From positions 744,001 through 808,000 of the forward strand of contig JAQGDQ010000047.1 in the NCBI GenBank assembly GCA_030141605.1: DNA of 64,000 bases, given 5' to 3'. A program made the translations under genes and the position numbers. Origin of the DNA: Tubiluchus corallicola (lineage: Eukaryota; Animalia; Priapulida). Each line of letters starts with the position of its first letter. The first letter of the stretch is position 1. Below, piece after piece: positions 27,145 through 50,710 of the stretch. The notes beneath the pieces were generated by a model. That model did not search any database. It had not been told where the DNA came from and saw only the letters and a program-made list of their open reading frames with translations.

Positions 27145-28885
27145 TATTTGAACATCATTAAATGACATTAGAATGACAGTTAAGTTTTATGGATATCTCA
27201 AAGCTCAAAATTTGACAATTAATGACAACACCAGTGACAGAAAGTTTCAAATAATTTCTGTCAATATGACAACGTTAATACTGATTTGTTATTTGCGAGG
27301 AGTATGTTATACAATGTGTGGGTTAATCTTTACTAGTAATTTACGTAGTAACAGCGCCTACATATATATGATGACGTTTGACACTTCGTCAATAAATTGT
27401 TACCTTGTAATACTAACCCTAGGTTTTAAATTAATGTATTATTATCAGTGTGAAACATTACTATCTGCTAACTTGTTTCTTGTCTTTTAAAGACGTCTCA
27501 TTGCTACTTGACTTTTTAGTCGACAATAGTTAACTACATTAATTACTTAAAGAATTATTTGGATTACAATTTTATAACAGCAATGTGTATTATCTACACG
27601 TACTATCTTTGTATTTTCAGTACAATGTAAAAGCCATTATAATTCAGTCAACACAAAGGTTTAAACCTGCAGAGGGCAAATATTTTCTTTGCCGTATTTG
27701 TATTGTTACCAGGGTTGTTTGGTTTGCGTACATTTCATTCTGTACATCATCTTCTAGATATAAACAAAGCTGTTATGAAGTGTAGCTATTTGCCAGTTAT
27801 GCAAACTCTTTGCCTGTTTGATCTAGTTATTCTTCTAATTAACTTGACAACATGTGGTGTGTTCACATGAGCCTGTGTCGTTGTACCAGATCTTAATGTT
27901 TTGTGTAAATGCTATAGTAGTTATTGTTGTGTTGATATTACTAGGGTTTAAAATATAAACTAAAATTTATATAATTAATTTAATCGCATTGTGCTGTTTG
28001 CTGTACTCACTTGGTTAACGCCGTATAAACTGGCAGCTTGTATCCATGACAAACTAATCGCAACATCAAGAATACTATGTGGAAAGTGCAAGCATTATTG
28101 ATAATTAGAAGGTGGTGGATTGCCTGGTGGTTCAGTAGCGAATAGCATACTATAATCATGAATAGTAATTGATGCCTGATGGCGTGAAAATGATTAGGTA
28201 ATTTGAGATGTGATGGGTTGCTGGTTTTTTACATTAAAGATGGAAACCTATATTTTGGCCCTATATTAAAGATGATGGAAACTTTTGCCATGGCCTGAAC
28301 TCGTTAAAATATTAAGTAAGAAATCATTATTATGACACCAGATATGAAAAATCTAAACGACATGAGAATAAAATGCTTGGTTGCTTATTCAGAGATAATA
28401 GGTAATTCTAATGTTCCTCAAGTAAAATAAATACAAGTCAGCACACCTTTATATATCATAATAAAATAACATAAATCAGACAAACAACGTTTTACTACAC
28501 GAATTCTGCAATTCACAGTAGTTGACACAATTTTTAATGTAGATAAAAAAAGCCGGAAATTAATAGTTTACACTGATCAGCAATCTTAACTGATAATTTT
28601 TTGAGCTGTAAAAATGATTTAAAGTTTACGGTGTAAGCCTACAGATGTTCAGCTGCCATTAGCAACTCACCCCATTGCCAAAAGCTGGTTGGCATTAAGT
28701 TTCATTTATATAACCGCAAAGAAATTTGATAATATATGTTATGCTACGAGTCTAGTTCGTGCTCAGTCAGCAGCATTGAGCACTGACTAGCTCCACAAAC
28801 TGGGTCTATGTGCTGTTATTGGCTGGTATAGAGAACATCATTTTTTATGTTCTTCTGATTTTTAGATACTCTAAATTATTTTTCT

Positions 28886-40105
<11,220 letters not shown>

Positions 40106-40129
40106 AATGATACACAGTATAACGTCAAA

Positions 40130-40450
40130 GTCTTTGACAAGTTTAATTAAACAATTCAGGTATATTCAAATAAAAATGAAAAGAAACAACTTAACAGCTG
40201 CTTATTTCCTAAATACAGTAAGTTATCAAACAGCGAACCACGTGGAACCTGTCGTTAATAAACAAGCCGGAAGCTCCGATTGGTTAAAATTTATCGCGCG
40301 CTGTATTGTGGTATACTTATGTCTGCCTACGTGTTTGTTTTTGTTTGTATTTGAATCATGGATCTAGATCTAAATCCATGATTGAAGCCCAAGAGTTGGA
40401 TGGTTGACTATAGTCTATCGTTGGCATTGAGCGCGCCATTCTTATTGCAC
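40130..40450. promoter_or_regulatory. Likely UBA5 promoter, possibly shared with JMJD4
   Basis: Immediately upstream of the UBA5 ATG; locally CpG-richer; CCAAT box (gattgg near 40278), ggaag and cgcgc motifs, and a 30-bp palindrome at 40354-40383. No transcript data. Confidence 0.45.
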
Positions 40451-40719
40451 TTTTGAATTTACTTAATGTTCTCTGGAGCTATTACTCATTAATAGATTGG
40501 TATTACTGCTAGAAAGGATACTGTATTAAAGTTATATATTTTGTTCATTTGTTAATAATAGTTAGCAGCAAAGTAGATCTTTGTGTTTTTTGCTAATGCA
40601 ATGTGACAAAAAATCTAGAATATCATGTAATGCTGAACTGTGGAAAATAAATGAATTGAACTATACCTTACTGAGTATTGTACTATGCTACGAAGTTTGT
40701 GCACTGTATCGAACATAAT

Positions 40720-41610
40720 GATAATTATTTTGATAACTTACTAATAGTTTACCTTTCAGACTTAATAACTCAGCTGGCCACATGGCCTTGATGCTGAGCC
40801 TTCAATTTCTTTTCAAAATACTAATATTTGGGGCGCTAATTACATCGTCTGGCAAGACATTCCAGCAAGGAATAACTCTTTCGGTGAAATGGTGGCCTCT
40901 TAAGTTAATACGATAGAAACCCTGGAATAGCTTAATCAAATGTCCATAGAGACGATGAGTGGTACCGAGAAGTCATCTTTACTCAAGATGTGGTCAACTC
41001 ATTCCAGATTTTGAAACAACGAATAAGATCTATAGTTTTGCGTCTCTGTTACAGTTTGGTAATGTCTTCAGCTTGCCCATCAGTCATAAATCTAAGGCAG
41101 TGACCCTGAATCCGCTGAAGCTGATTAATTTGGGTGATATACTGAGGTGGCCAGATAACTGCTGCATACTAGCTTAGGCCGAACCAATGACCATGACAGA
41201 ACAGCCCATTTGATCAAGCTTATCCCTCTGTTTACTGATTTTTCGACCCTAGTTATATGCGTATCCCATTTTAAGTCCTTCGAAATCCATGTGACCAAAT
41301 CTTTTTTACTTCAGTTGGTTGATTAATTTCGAACCCACAAAGCTTGTATCTGAAATCATACTTGGGTCTGATGCGAAGCACAGAACAGTTTAGCCAGTTT
41401 TAGGAGCAATAGGTACAACTCACATCATCTTTCTACCTGCAATGCACTGCTTTGTAGGTTGATGCAGTCTCGGTATGTATGTCTTCCCTTGTAGATTTTG
41501 ACATCGCCTAAATATAATACTGACTTTCCATTAAGACATTTGGGAAGGTCATCAACATAGATTAGGAAGCAGTATGGTCTCCCAAAAGACTTCCCTGTGA
41601 GATTCCTTCC
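40720..41610 (-). mobile_element. 5'-truncated CR1-type LINE (RT C-terminal half to ORF2 end)
   Basis: Minus strand with frameshifts: GISQGSLLG-PYCFLIYVDDLP, YLGDVKIY...DCINLQS, DLKWDTHI, VRPKL-YAAVIWPP, QRRKTIDLIRCFKI, HFTERVIPCWNVLP, in the canonical CR1 ORF2 motif order. Confidence 0.9.
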
Positions 41611-41635
41611 ACAATGAGTTCTTTCCACAATAGCT

Positions 41636-42143
41636 TCAAATATCTGTATAGACTTTGTATAAATGCTGCTGTCAATCCATATTGTACAGATCATCCCCAG
41701 CCTGATACGGTTCAGGGTATTGAGATGGCACATACTCCTTTGCACATGGATTCATTTCCGTAGCTCGATCCTGAGCCGATAACATGGGCTCCACCATTTT
41801 TGTAAAATATTTCCACCATCTTTGTACATTAAGCTTCATTTAAAGGCAAAATAGAACCACGTGGCGGCTGGCTTATGTTCGTGTTCTCATGATACTGATA
41901 ATGCCAAGGTTTGGTTGGTCCGGCAAAGTGAACAATTTTAACTCTGTTTGCGAACTGAGATATCCCACTAAGACAGTAAATATAGCTGAAACTAATACCT
42001 GTTATTGTAGTTGTATTGTAGATGAAGGGTAGTCGTTCCCATGAGTATATTCCTGGAGCTGCTTTGGTGTCCAGATTTGGTCTACAAACAGAAACTCCGC
42101 TATTGAAGTTATCTGGTCATCCAGCATCTATGTTGTCAATGGC
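41636..42143 (-). pseudogene. Glycogenin (GT8 family) pseudogene fragment
   Basis: Not in the ORF track. Minus strand reads AIDNIDAG*PDNFNSGVSVCRPNLDT...WERLPFIYNTTT...QFANRVKIVHFAGPTKPWHYQY...EA*, then after a frameshift VQRWWKYFTKMVEPML. This matches glycogenin motifs GWPDCFNSGVFV, HLPFIYN, KVVHFLG..KPW and WW.IF. Contains stops, a frameshift and internal deletions (DQG segment missing). Confidence 0.88.
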
Positions 42144-43235
42144 TAAATGCTACAAAATTGCTCTGAGCATGCGCAGTAAAATCTTTACATGAAGCAATTT
42201 ATAGATATCAAATTTATAGCAATAGTTAAAACAACTTTCAGGAAAAATACGCTGTAACTTTACGTTTCAGTATAACAGTTGGCCTAATTTCAAGGTTAGC
42301 TTCAAATGGTATGACAAAAACCCTGGTAAAATATCTACTGAATGCTCTTGCGATTTAATTAATTAATAAACTTATCTGCTACATGATGCAAAGATCTTTC
42401 TACGAATGTACTGTAGGCATACTGTTTGCCAATGTACAAATATAATCAGTCCCTTTAAAAACACAGTTATATTACAGCAAAGGCAAACTTAGATGAAAAA
42501 CGGTAATGACCATGATGATGACGATGATGATTGCCATGAATTTCATTTTGTCACGGGATTTCAGTTGATTAAATTTAAAACCAAATCACAAAAACATCTA
42601 ACTCCAAAATAAAGTTCCAAATATTTAATTACACAAGTTTAGGTCAGAACGAGAAAACACAACCGTTTTAGCCAAAGTAAAGAAAAAACCACACCTCTCC
42701 AAACTGGTCCAAAAGAAAGTTCCTGCTCAAATGGGTATCAATGCACCAAACAAGTTTTGTGAAAAAAGTAGGACCAGTTAAACCAATTATTGTGTAAATA
42801 CATTAATATAGCTACACACTTGTGGACTTCAATCAAGTTCACAATGATGATGATATTGATTATGATAGTAATAACAGTTACAACTAAGTAAGAGGTGCCA
42901 TGTTCTTTGTGCAAGGATGATCCTTGAACTAAGGATAAGGATTTATTATGCATGAAAAAGAATAGTGCAGACCGTCAAGTCAGCTACCTCAACATATAAG
43001 TTAATGCGAGAAACACTGCAGTACAAAATGTAAATTGTCAAAATAAAATATAGTTTACTGATGAATAGCTAACTCTGGGTTTCAATTCAGAATTGTGAAT
43101 ATAAATATATATAAATTCTTAGGTAGCTGTTGCTAAATGCTATGATTATTTGTGACAGCTTAAACTTTTGAGCTATTGTAACACTGTGAAAAATGATTTT
43201 ATTTTTAGAAATTTGATCTGGACTGTGTGCTGGAC

Positions 43236-46200
43236 ATGGTGACACTCACAAAGATCAGTGATTATTGCCATAATAGATCATACAGTCACATTGATACAGT
43301 CACAGTGGAAAAAGCTTTGTCAGTGGGCGATTTCTATAAAGTCTACTTGATACCAAATGTGCCTTGCATTCTTGGCAACTTTGTTACTGAAAATTGGCCC
43401 TGCACGAGAGACTGGGTTACTGGGGATGGGACACCAGATTTCGATTTTCTAGAAAGAAATTATGGTAAAGTTCACAGATAATTTAATATTGTCAAGTTGT
43501 AGGTGATAAAATCCATAACCACATGTTAACCTTCGCTAAAGTATTTTTTGCAATAGCTTAAAGCTTTGGCTTGCAGAGTATTCTGTATTCAAGATAATTT
43601 TTTTTGTTTTAGGTTATTGTAATGTTCCTGTCGCAAACTGCAATGAGCAAAAGTATTACGCTCAGACTAAAGTTCAGAAGACAATGAGGGAGTTTCTTAA
43701 ATATTGGACACAGTATAGAAGTAGCAGTTGTAGCGATAGTCAGTGCCTTTATTTGAAAGACTGGCATTTTGTCAAGTAAGACATTTGCATGTACGGTTGT
43801 CTTAGCCTTTTAACCATCTAATCGTGTTCTTACAATTGAAAATTGTATTTCTCAAATGTTAATTATATATATAGAGCAACATTTCTTTCTTTTTAACAAT
43901 GTTCTTCTAAATTATAGGTTTTATTATTAGAAAATTTTGCGAAGTGGTGTGCTTTCAAATTTCCAATCTTTTAAAAATAAATGCGCTCGTAAACTGTGGG
44001 TCATGACAAAATTATCATTTTCCCAAGTGGTACATTTATGTGAAGTCAAATTTGTTCAGCTAAGTACTACATAAGTACCTAGATGTTCGAAATATTCAAC
44101 TTAGACTTTATGACCTATTTACTGCAGAGATGTACCTGGTTACACAGCATATGAAACACCAACATATTTTACATCTGATTGGTTAAATGAGTACTGGGCT
44201 TCAATCACTGAATTGGATGATTATCAGTTTGTTTACATGGGACCACAAGGATCATGGTTTGTTTATGTTATTGTATGTTAGCATTGCTTACTATTAAATA
44301 TTTAACTAAAATTTAATGTAGTAAACTGTGTATAATTTACAAGATTATGTGTGAATGAATGGTTGATTATTTCCAATCATTCTATTTTTGAAATCAAATA
44401 TTGCCTAAAAGGAAAATGTGTAAAAAATCAGAATTAAGCCTGGATTTGTACCAAGGATATTGAAGTTACAAATTTAGTATCTTGATTACAAAGAACTGAG
44501 TGGTTTGGCTTTTAGGACATGGAGCTTTGACCCAATGATCACTGGCTCAAATTCATGCAAGTCGGTCATATTAATTGTGTGGTTTGTTTTACCAATTCAC
44601 GTTTTTATTTAGATCATATAAATCTTTGATCGAGTAAGATTCAGTTTTCAAGATTTTTCAAGATATTATATTGGGCATTTTCAGACCTCAATTTTTGCTT
44701 GTTCATTGTAAAAATGGTTTCATTCTGAAAATTAAATATAAATTTTTAATAACACTTTTTTGTTTACTTGTTAATAACATGAATCAGTGCTTACTTTTAC
44801 ACTAAATTTGTCTGAATTTTGCATTGTAGTACCAAAATTTCTGTGAATTGACAGATATGTGACTTGAACTGGGTATACAGCTTTTTTACACTGCAAAGCA
44901 GTAGCTTTGTAGATATCCAAGCCTATAAATGAGTAGCATGGTAACATTTTGCATTTTGTGTTTTGTAAAGCTGAGTAAGCATAAATGCATTCATTCTGCA
45001 GTCAATTTTTAATGGTAGTTTTTTGCTTATGTGAGAAATAATGAAGAGAGTGAAGATGGATAAAAAAACAAATTTGTCATTAAGTAAAGCAGCTGCTGTT
45101 ATGCAAAAAATATCTTAATGTTAAATTTCTGAATATAGGACTCCATACCATGCAGATGTTTTCCGATCCTACAGTTGGTCTGCTAATGTTTGCGGTCGAA
45201 AAAAGTGGATATTTACACCACCTGGACACGAAGAATATTTAAGAGATTCCCTTGGCAACATAGCTTATGATTTACAGTCTTCAGACCTTCTTGACAAAAA
45301 AATGTTAGTATTGACTATTGATATAATTACAATTACTAAAGCTACAGTTGTTAGTTTGTTTATATTTAAGTACTCAGTTTAGAGTATACAATCATAATTT
45401 AGTCAAACCAATTTTCTTTTTGACAAAAATTGTGTTTTACTATGTATTCACCTAGGTATCCTAATATACCAGATAAAGCAAAGCTTATAGAAGTAATTCA
45501 AGAGCCTGGTACAATAATCTTTGTTCCTAGTGGGTGGCACCATCAGGTCTGGAATCTGGTTAGTGAAGTTTTGTTTTATGCTATAAAAGTACGAAAAGTT
45601 GTGCATTTCCTGTCAAAATACTCTGTTTGTATTTTTCACGATCGGCTTTTATTCAGTTTTTAAGTCACAAAAACAGGCTTGCTATTTCTAAAACTTTGCT
45701 GTGTAGTACATTTTTTCGAATTATATGACACTAATAAACAAGTAAGTGAGTAAGATTGATTACATTGACAGAAATTATTGAAAAAATTATGATTGGCATA
45801 AAAGGTTCAACACAGTATTAGGAAAGAACCCAAATGCTATTATTGTATAATTCTGTTCATTGCAGAAATTTTTGCAGACATATCTAGATCTTTTCGGTCT
45901 TTTAGATTCAAGTACATGTCAGTAAAAATTATTAACTATTAAAATTCAGTAAAAATAAAAGTTATTAAAATAAGTCTTGTTTTTGGAAAGCTCTTGAGCA
46001 ATGTTTTGTTAAAATAACAGTTGGAAAAATGATTTTTGCTGCTGTTTTGTTTTTTTTACTAAAGCTGTTTGTCTTACTGATGTCTTACATGATTGTTCAA
46101 ATTACAGGAGGATACTGTTTCTTTAAATCACAACTGGTTAAATGGCTTTAATATTGATATCACATGGTTGTTTCTCCAGTCAACACTTGCTGATGTAAAG

Positions 46201-49200
46201 AAGGAAATACAGGATTGCAAGGACATGGATAACTGGGATGATCAGTGTCAGGTTTAAGTTCATATTTTTGCAGTTTCAAATTTACTGTAAACTATTTTTA
46301 TCAACTGTATTTATTTCATAGTTTTTAAAATATACAATAAGTGGCTACTGAATCAAAACTGTAAGCCCCTGTAGATGAAAATTATTCAAAAATGCATACT
46401 AAGCCCCAAAATGGTTGTGAGTACAGTAGTAACCACTTAATGTGTGCACTGTGGGATGGGCTCATTTTAAGCATATTAGCTAATAAATATGTTAGTAGAA
46501 AATCATTATATAATTTCATTATAATACTTTTCATTATTTTCATTCATTAGAATGTAATATACTGTACCTGGCTAAATTGTATAAATTGCAATTGATCAGC
46601 CTATAGCACAACTTAAACACTTAGAACCAAATTCTGATCATTAACATTCATTTTGCAGTTAAATTTTATTACTGTATCTGTTAATTGCAAGTGCAAAGTA
46701 TTTTTTCTGAAAATAAGTATTTAAACAATGTGAAATTAATCCAAAATGTTACTAATAGGTATTGTAATGTCTGAAGCCATACATCTCACAGAAATTGTTG
46801 TGAAATGAAGCCTCACAGCAGCTTATTGATGAGGTGTTTATATTTATAATTATTCGAGGAACTTATCCGTGTCTTCAAAACAACATCAGTAGCTAGATAA
46901 GAAAGATTGTTTTACAGCAACAGGGAAATCGATGGCAAGCCTAAAACTAAATATAAGTAGGAAAGGGCATAATTGGTGAAACATATGAAACTGTTAAACT
47001 AGTTTTGAGCACTAAAAACAATAAAAGTCAATATAATTTGGCATTATTTTATATATTATGTAATAGTGTAGTAGCAGGCTGCACTTAACATTTTAAAATA
47101 AAAAGTGATTGAGCTTGTTAACTGTGAGCACAATGAAAAGTGACCAATGTACAGTGTCGTGTGTTGTTCTATAACTGTGCTTCTTGTCACAATAGTTTTC
47201 AGCACTGGCAAGGTGTTTTAGCAACTGGGAAGATTCAGATTCTCTAGAAAAGATAAAAATTAGCAAGCTGCTTGGAGATGTTTGCGAGCTAATAAAAAGC
47301 GTCATTAGGAACTGCCCAAAATAAGCGAATTAAGCCACAAAATCCAAACTAAATGAAGATGATTGTAAGTTTACAAGACTAGTGTTAATAAAGTTTTAAT
47401 GAAATGGGTACTTAATCCAATTACAAACATCGAAAACTATGACACATCGAAAAATATGACTAACTAACCTCTCTGTACTGTATAAGAACAGCTGGGTGTC
47501 AGAAGAGGGGAAAAGAAAGAAAGTAGCTGACCTGTTTTAACTGTATATTCAAACTGCACAAAAATACCACCGAACCCGAGATGAACAACATTTACCAGTA
47601 TTTACATATTTCAGTGTGCACATAAGCTAGAATGAACAGGTGATTGCATGGCATAAAAGTGTGATAGTTGAAATGTGTGTTTGCATAGCAGAAACATCCG
47701 TAAGTCGGCAATTAAGCTTTTCTGGTTATTGACATAACCTGCATCTCTATTTCATGAGGATCATTTTGATCATATCGAGATAACATGGCGCATATGGCTG
47801 CATTGGTGTTCCACTTGCCAGTAAACCAGCCACACGGCCTGCTGGAGCGTCATTAAAATTTGTGTAGAAGGTCGCGTTCTCTCACTTCTCAAATTGAGTC
47901 TAACCCGCCGATGTTGTGAAAGTTACGTTTAAATGTGATTTTGATGCAATTTGAATACGAGCAAATAGAATTTGAGCACAGGTATAGCCCGTTTGCAGTA
48001 AGTTTTGAGGGTGGTTTAACAAGCAGCATCATATTTTGGCAAAGTTTCAGATTTGGTTGACAGGCATCGCCACCAGTACGTTGTCAAAATTTCAGCTGAT
48101 TTTATTCAGAATTTTGTCCGGAAAATGTGTCCAAAGTCGGTTGAATTTTCAGATTTAAACTCCTGATTTTTTACGAAATTTTGGTCAAACAACCTATAGA
48201 AGAAACGTTCTAGCGGCACTTAGTGCGACTCTAGGAAGGAGATATATAGCTCTTTATAAAGAGCAAAAACAGGGCTGCACGATGATGTGGGCTATATTTT
48301 AGTACACGTCCACCAAAAGGAGTAGCGAGGAGTTAATTAGATGTTCTATTTTTGGCAATTTTTGCTTGGAAAACTGCTGACGCAAAGCCATTGTTCTGAC
48401 GTCATCCATTATGCTCAGTCTATATGCCGTATTGAAATGACTGATGCGACATCTGGCGGCACAGCTGGAACCCGATGCGCTGCTTGCTGTGTGGTTATCT
48501 CGATATGACCAAGCTTATCATTTTGAGTTATTTCTAAGCCAAGATAATCCATGTTGAACTTGAAGTGCGCACTGCGCACTAAAAAACATAACTTGGAGAA
48601 AAGTGGTGTTAAAGTTAGCCATTGCTTTGTCGCATTTCTGCAAAACACATAGTAACTGTACAAAAGGCTGGTTGCTATGGACTTTGCAAGAATACATTGA
48701 AGTTATGCATAAATCCAGTAGATGGCTCTTCCAGACGAATAGCTGGGCTTTGCAACAGAGAAAACCCAAAGCAAATTAACTGCTTTCACAAGCTGCTAAC
48801 AGAGTTTAAAAATACAAGTTTTTTACAACTACAGTACTAGTTTTTGGCCAGAGAAGTAAGTACGGTGTTGTAAAATTAAATTTTTAGTATTTTTTGAACA
48901 TTCTTGATGATTTGATGCTAACATATAAATGTCCAATATATTTAGTGTTTCTTTTTATAAAAAACGAAAAATTGACATTTGACCAAATTTTTGGTGCATT
49001 CTGCTTTGAAGCATAGTTTTAACTATACCAAGTTATGGGTGGTTTTGGTTTGCAAACACACAAATAACCAATATTTTTATTAAATTTGTGAATAAAAATG
49101 TAGCAGTTTGTCAAACAGCATCATATACTTATTTTCAAATTTCTAGGTGATATTGAAAGCACTTTCTGGTATGAACTACGTTGATTTCTTCAAATTGCTT

Positions 49201-49737
49201 TCCACTATTGCACACCATAGATGTTTGGCTTTGAAAGACTTTGTGTCTGTAAATGACTGTTGTTACAACTGTGATAATTATCGTGAACTACAACAAATGG
49301 TGAATTCTCCTACTGAGCCATGTGAAAATAAAAACCCTGATGCTGTTTCATGGTCTGCTATTAGCAACTCTAATAACAACGAACAACAAAACAATGTTAT
49401 AGCCAATAGAAATGTGGATACGTGTGTTATGCCGAGTACAGCGGTACATTCTGTTAATGGTGATAAGGAACAGAGCACTGTTGACAACATTAGACATTTG
49501 GCGACAGAAATCAGCATAAAAATTTCAGAAGATTACAAAATTACATCAAATTTTGAATATTTTTTGTTTGATCTTTGGCGTTCGTATCAGCACTTGAGAT
49601 TACTATTATCTAATGAAGATTTTGAAAAAATTAACTTGGAAGACAATTTTAATGAAAATCCGGTAGGTATTGTGAAAGATGTAAAGTTGATTATAAGCAA
49701 ATTTTACTGCAATAAATGTTTGGAGGCTATAAGTTAA
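43236..49737 (+). CDS. JMJD4: JmjC-domain 2-oxoglutarate/Fe(II) oxygenase JMJD4 (~507 aa, 7 coding exons)
   Basis: Exons 43236-43464, 43613-43775, 44128-44256, 45139-45303, 45456-45558, 46108-46251, 49147-49737; 1524 nt, GT-AG, in phase. Motifs VPVANC, CLYLKDWHF, YFTSDWLNEYW, DDYQFVYMGPQGSWTPYHADVFRSYSWSANVCGRKKW, FVPSGWHHQVWNLEDTVSLNHNW; HxD...H triad intact. Start codon uncertain because an acceptor ends at 43208. Confidence 0.96.
46424..47480. mobile_element. Possible old Tigger/pogo-like remnant
   Basis: TA|cagta ... tactg|TA termini only; TIR similarity beyond 5 bp is weak. Confidence 0.3.
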
Positions 49738-50710
49738 ATTACGTTTTCATGATTTTGAGCAGTAGTGTATGTGTTATGCTGTTTCATTTATTTGATCTAT
49801 TCACTGGTTTCACAACTCACATTGAAACTCACCACTGTTAGCTTATTACTCATCAGCAGTGCCTAGGCAGGCTACTAACATTGAATGTTTGTATGGAAGC
49901 AAAACTTTACTCATTGCCAAGAATAGTTCTCCACCAAATTTTCAAAGCTGTTTTACTTAGGCTCAAATATACCTCCCTAGGTAGGAAAGAAATAGGCACT
50001 GGCAGTATGGCAGAAGAAATTGCGCAGAATCATTCTCTTTCGACAGTCGCCCATTGATTTACTATCTAAGCATGACATTACTAACTATCATAAGCAAGCA
50101 CCACTCAGCCATATTATCATCTCCAATTATCTCTACAGGTGTGCTAAATAAAAAAACCCTAAATTACCTGTTTCCCCAGTTGTGATTGCACTATTATACT
50201 GTGATCATACTCACCTTGCAGTTGAGGGTCATTGGGTTTCTTTTGCCATTAATTGCTGCTGGTACTAATTTTATAAACCTGTAATACTCACATTGTTAAA
50301 CTGCTAAATTTGATGTTGAGGCAACTTGGACAAGATGCAAATATAAAATATACTAAATTTACTTTGTCGATGCTATTAAAAATGTATTTTACAATACTTG
50401 GCTTTACCATTAGCTTTTACCTAGAACAATCAACCAGGAAAACATCTAGTGTGGCCAAAGAAAATCTCAAAAAGTCGAGAAGCCTCTACTAAGTATTTTA
50501 CACAAATGGCATTTCGCTTTATGGCAAAAAATTACATTTGTGCCTATCAGACGTGCCTGCAGATTTTGCACTATAATTAAGCATAACTGATTTTACATTC
50601 GTGTGTTTGTTGTCTAGGAGTGGTTGTAAATGACACTCAGTGAGTGTGAGTAAACTAAACTATTAATTTTGAAGAGATAAAATTTGTTTTTTTTAGTGTG
50701 ACTGCATGCA

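Noticed and set aside
47780-49010. THAP-like traces (AYGC, FHLP, SHF) suggesting a transposon remnant in JMJD4 intron 6
   Set aside because: Motifs lie in different frames and matching termini could not be shown.
50160-50300. Minus-strand AG/GT-bounded 64-nt segment (50278-50215) that could extend the mucin gene
   Set aside because: Phase is incompatible with the candidate donor at 50785, it encodes no TM or GPI signal, and the mucin ORF already ends at a stop.
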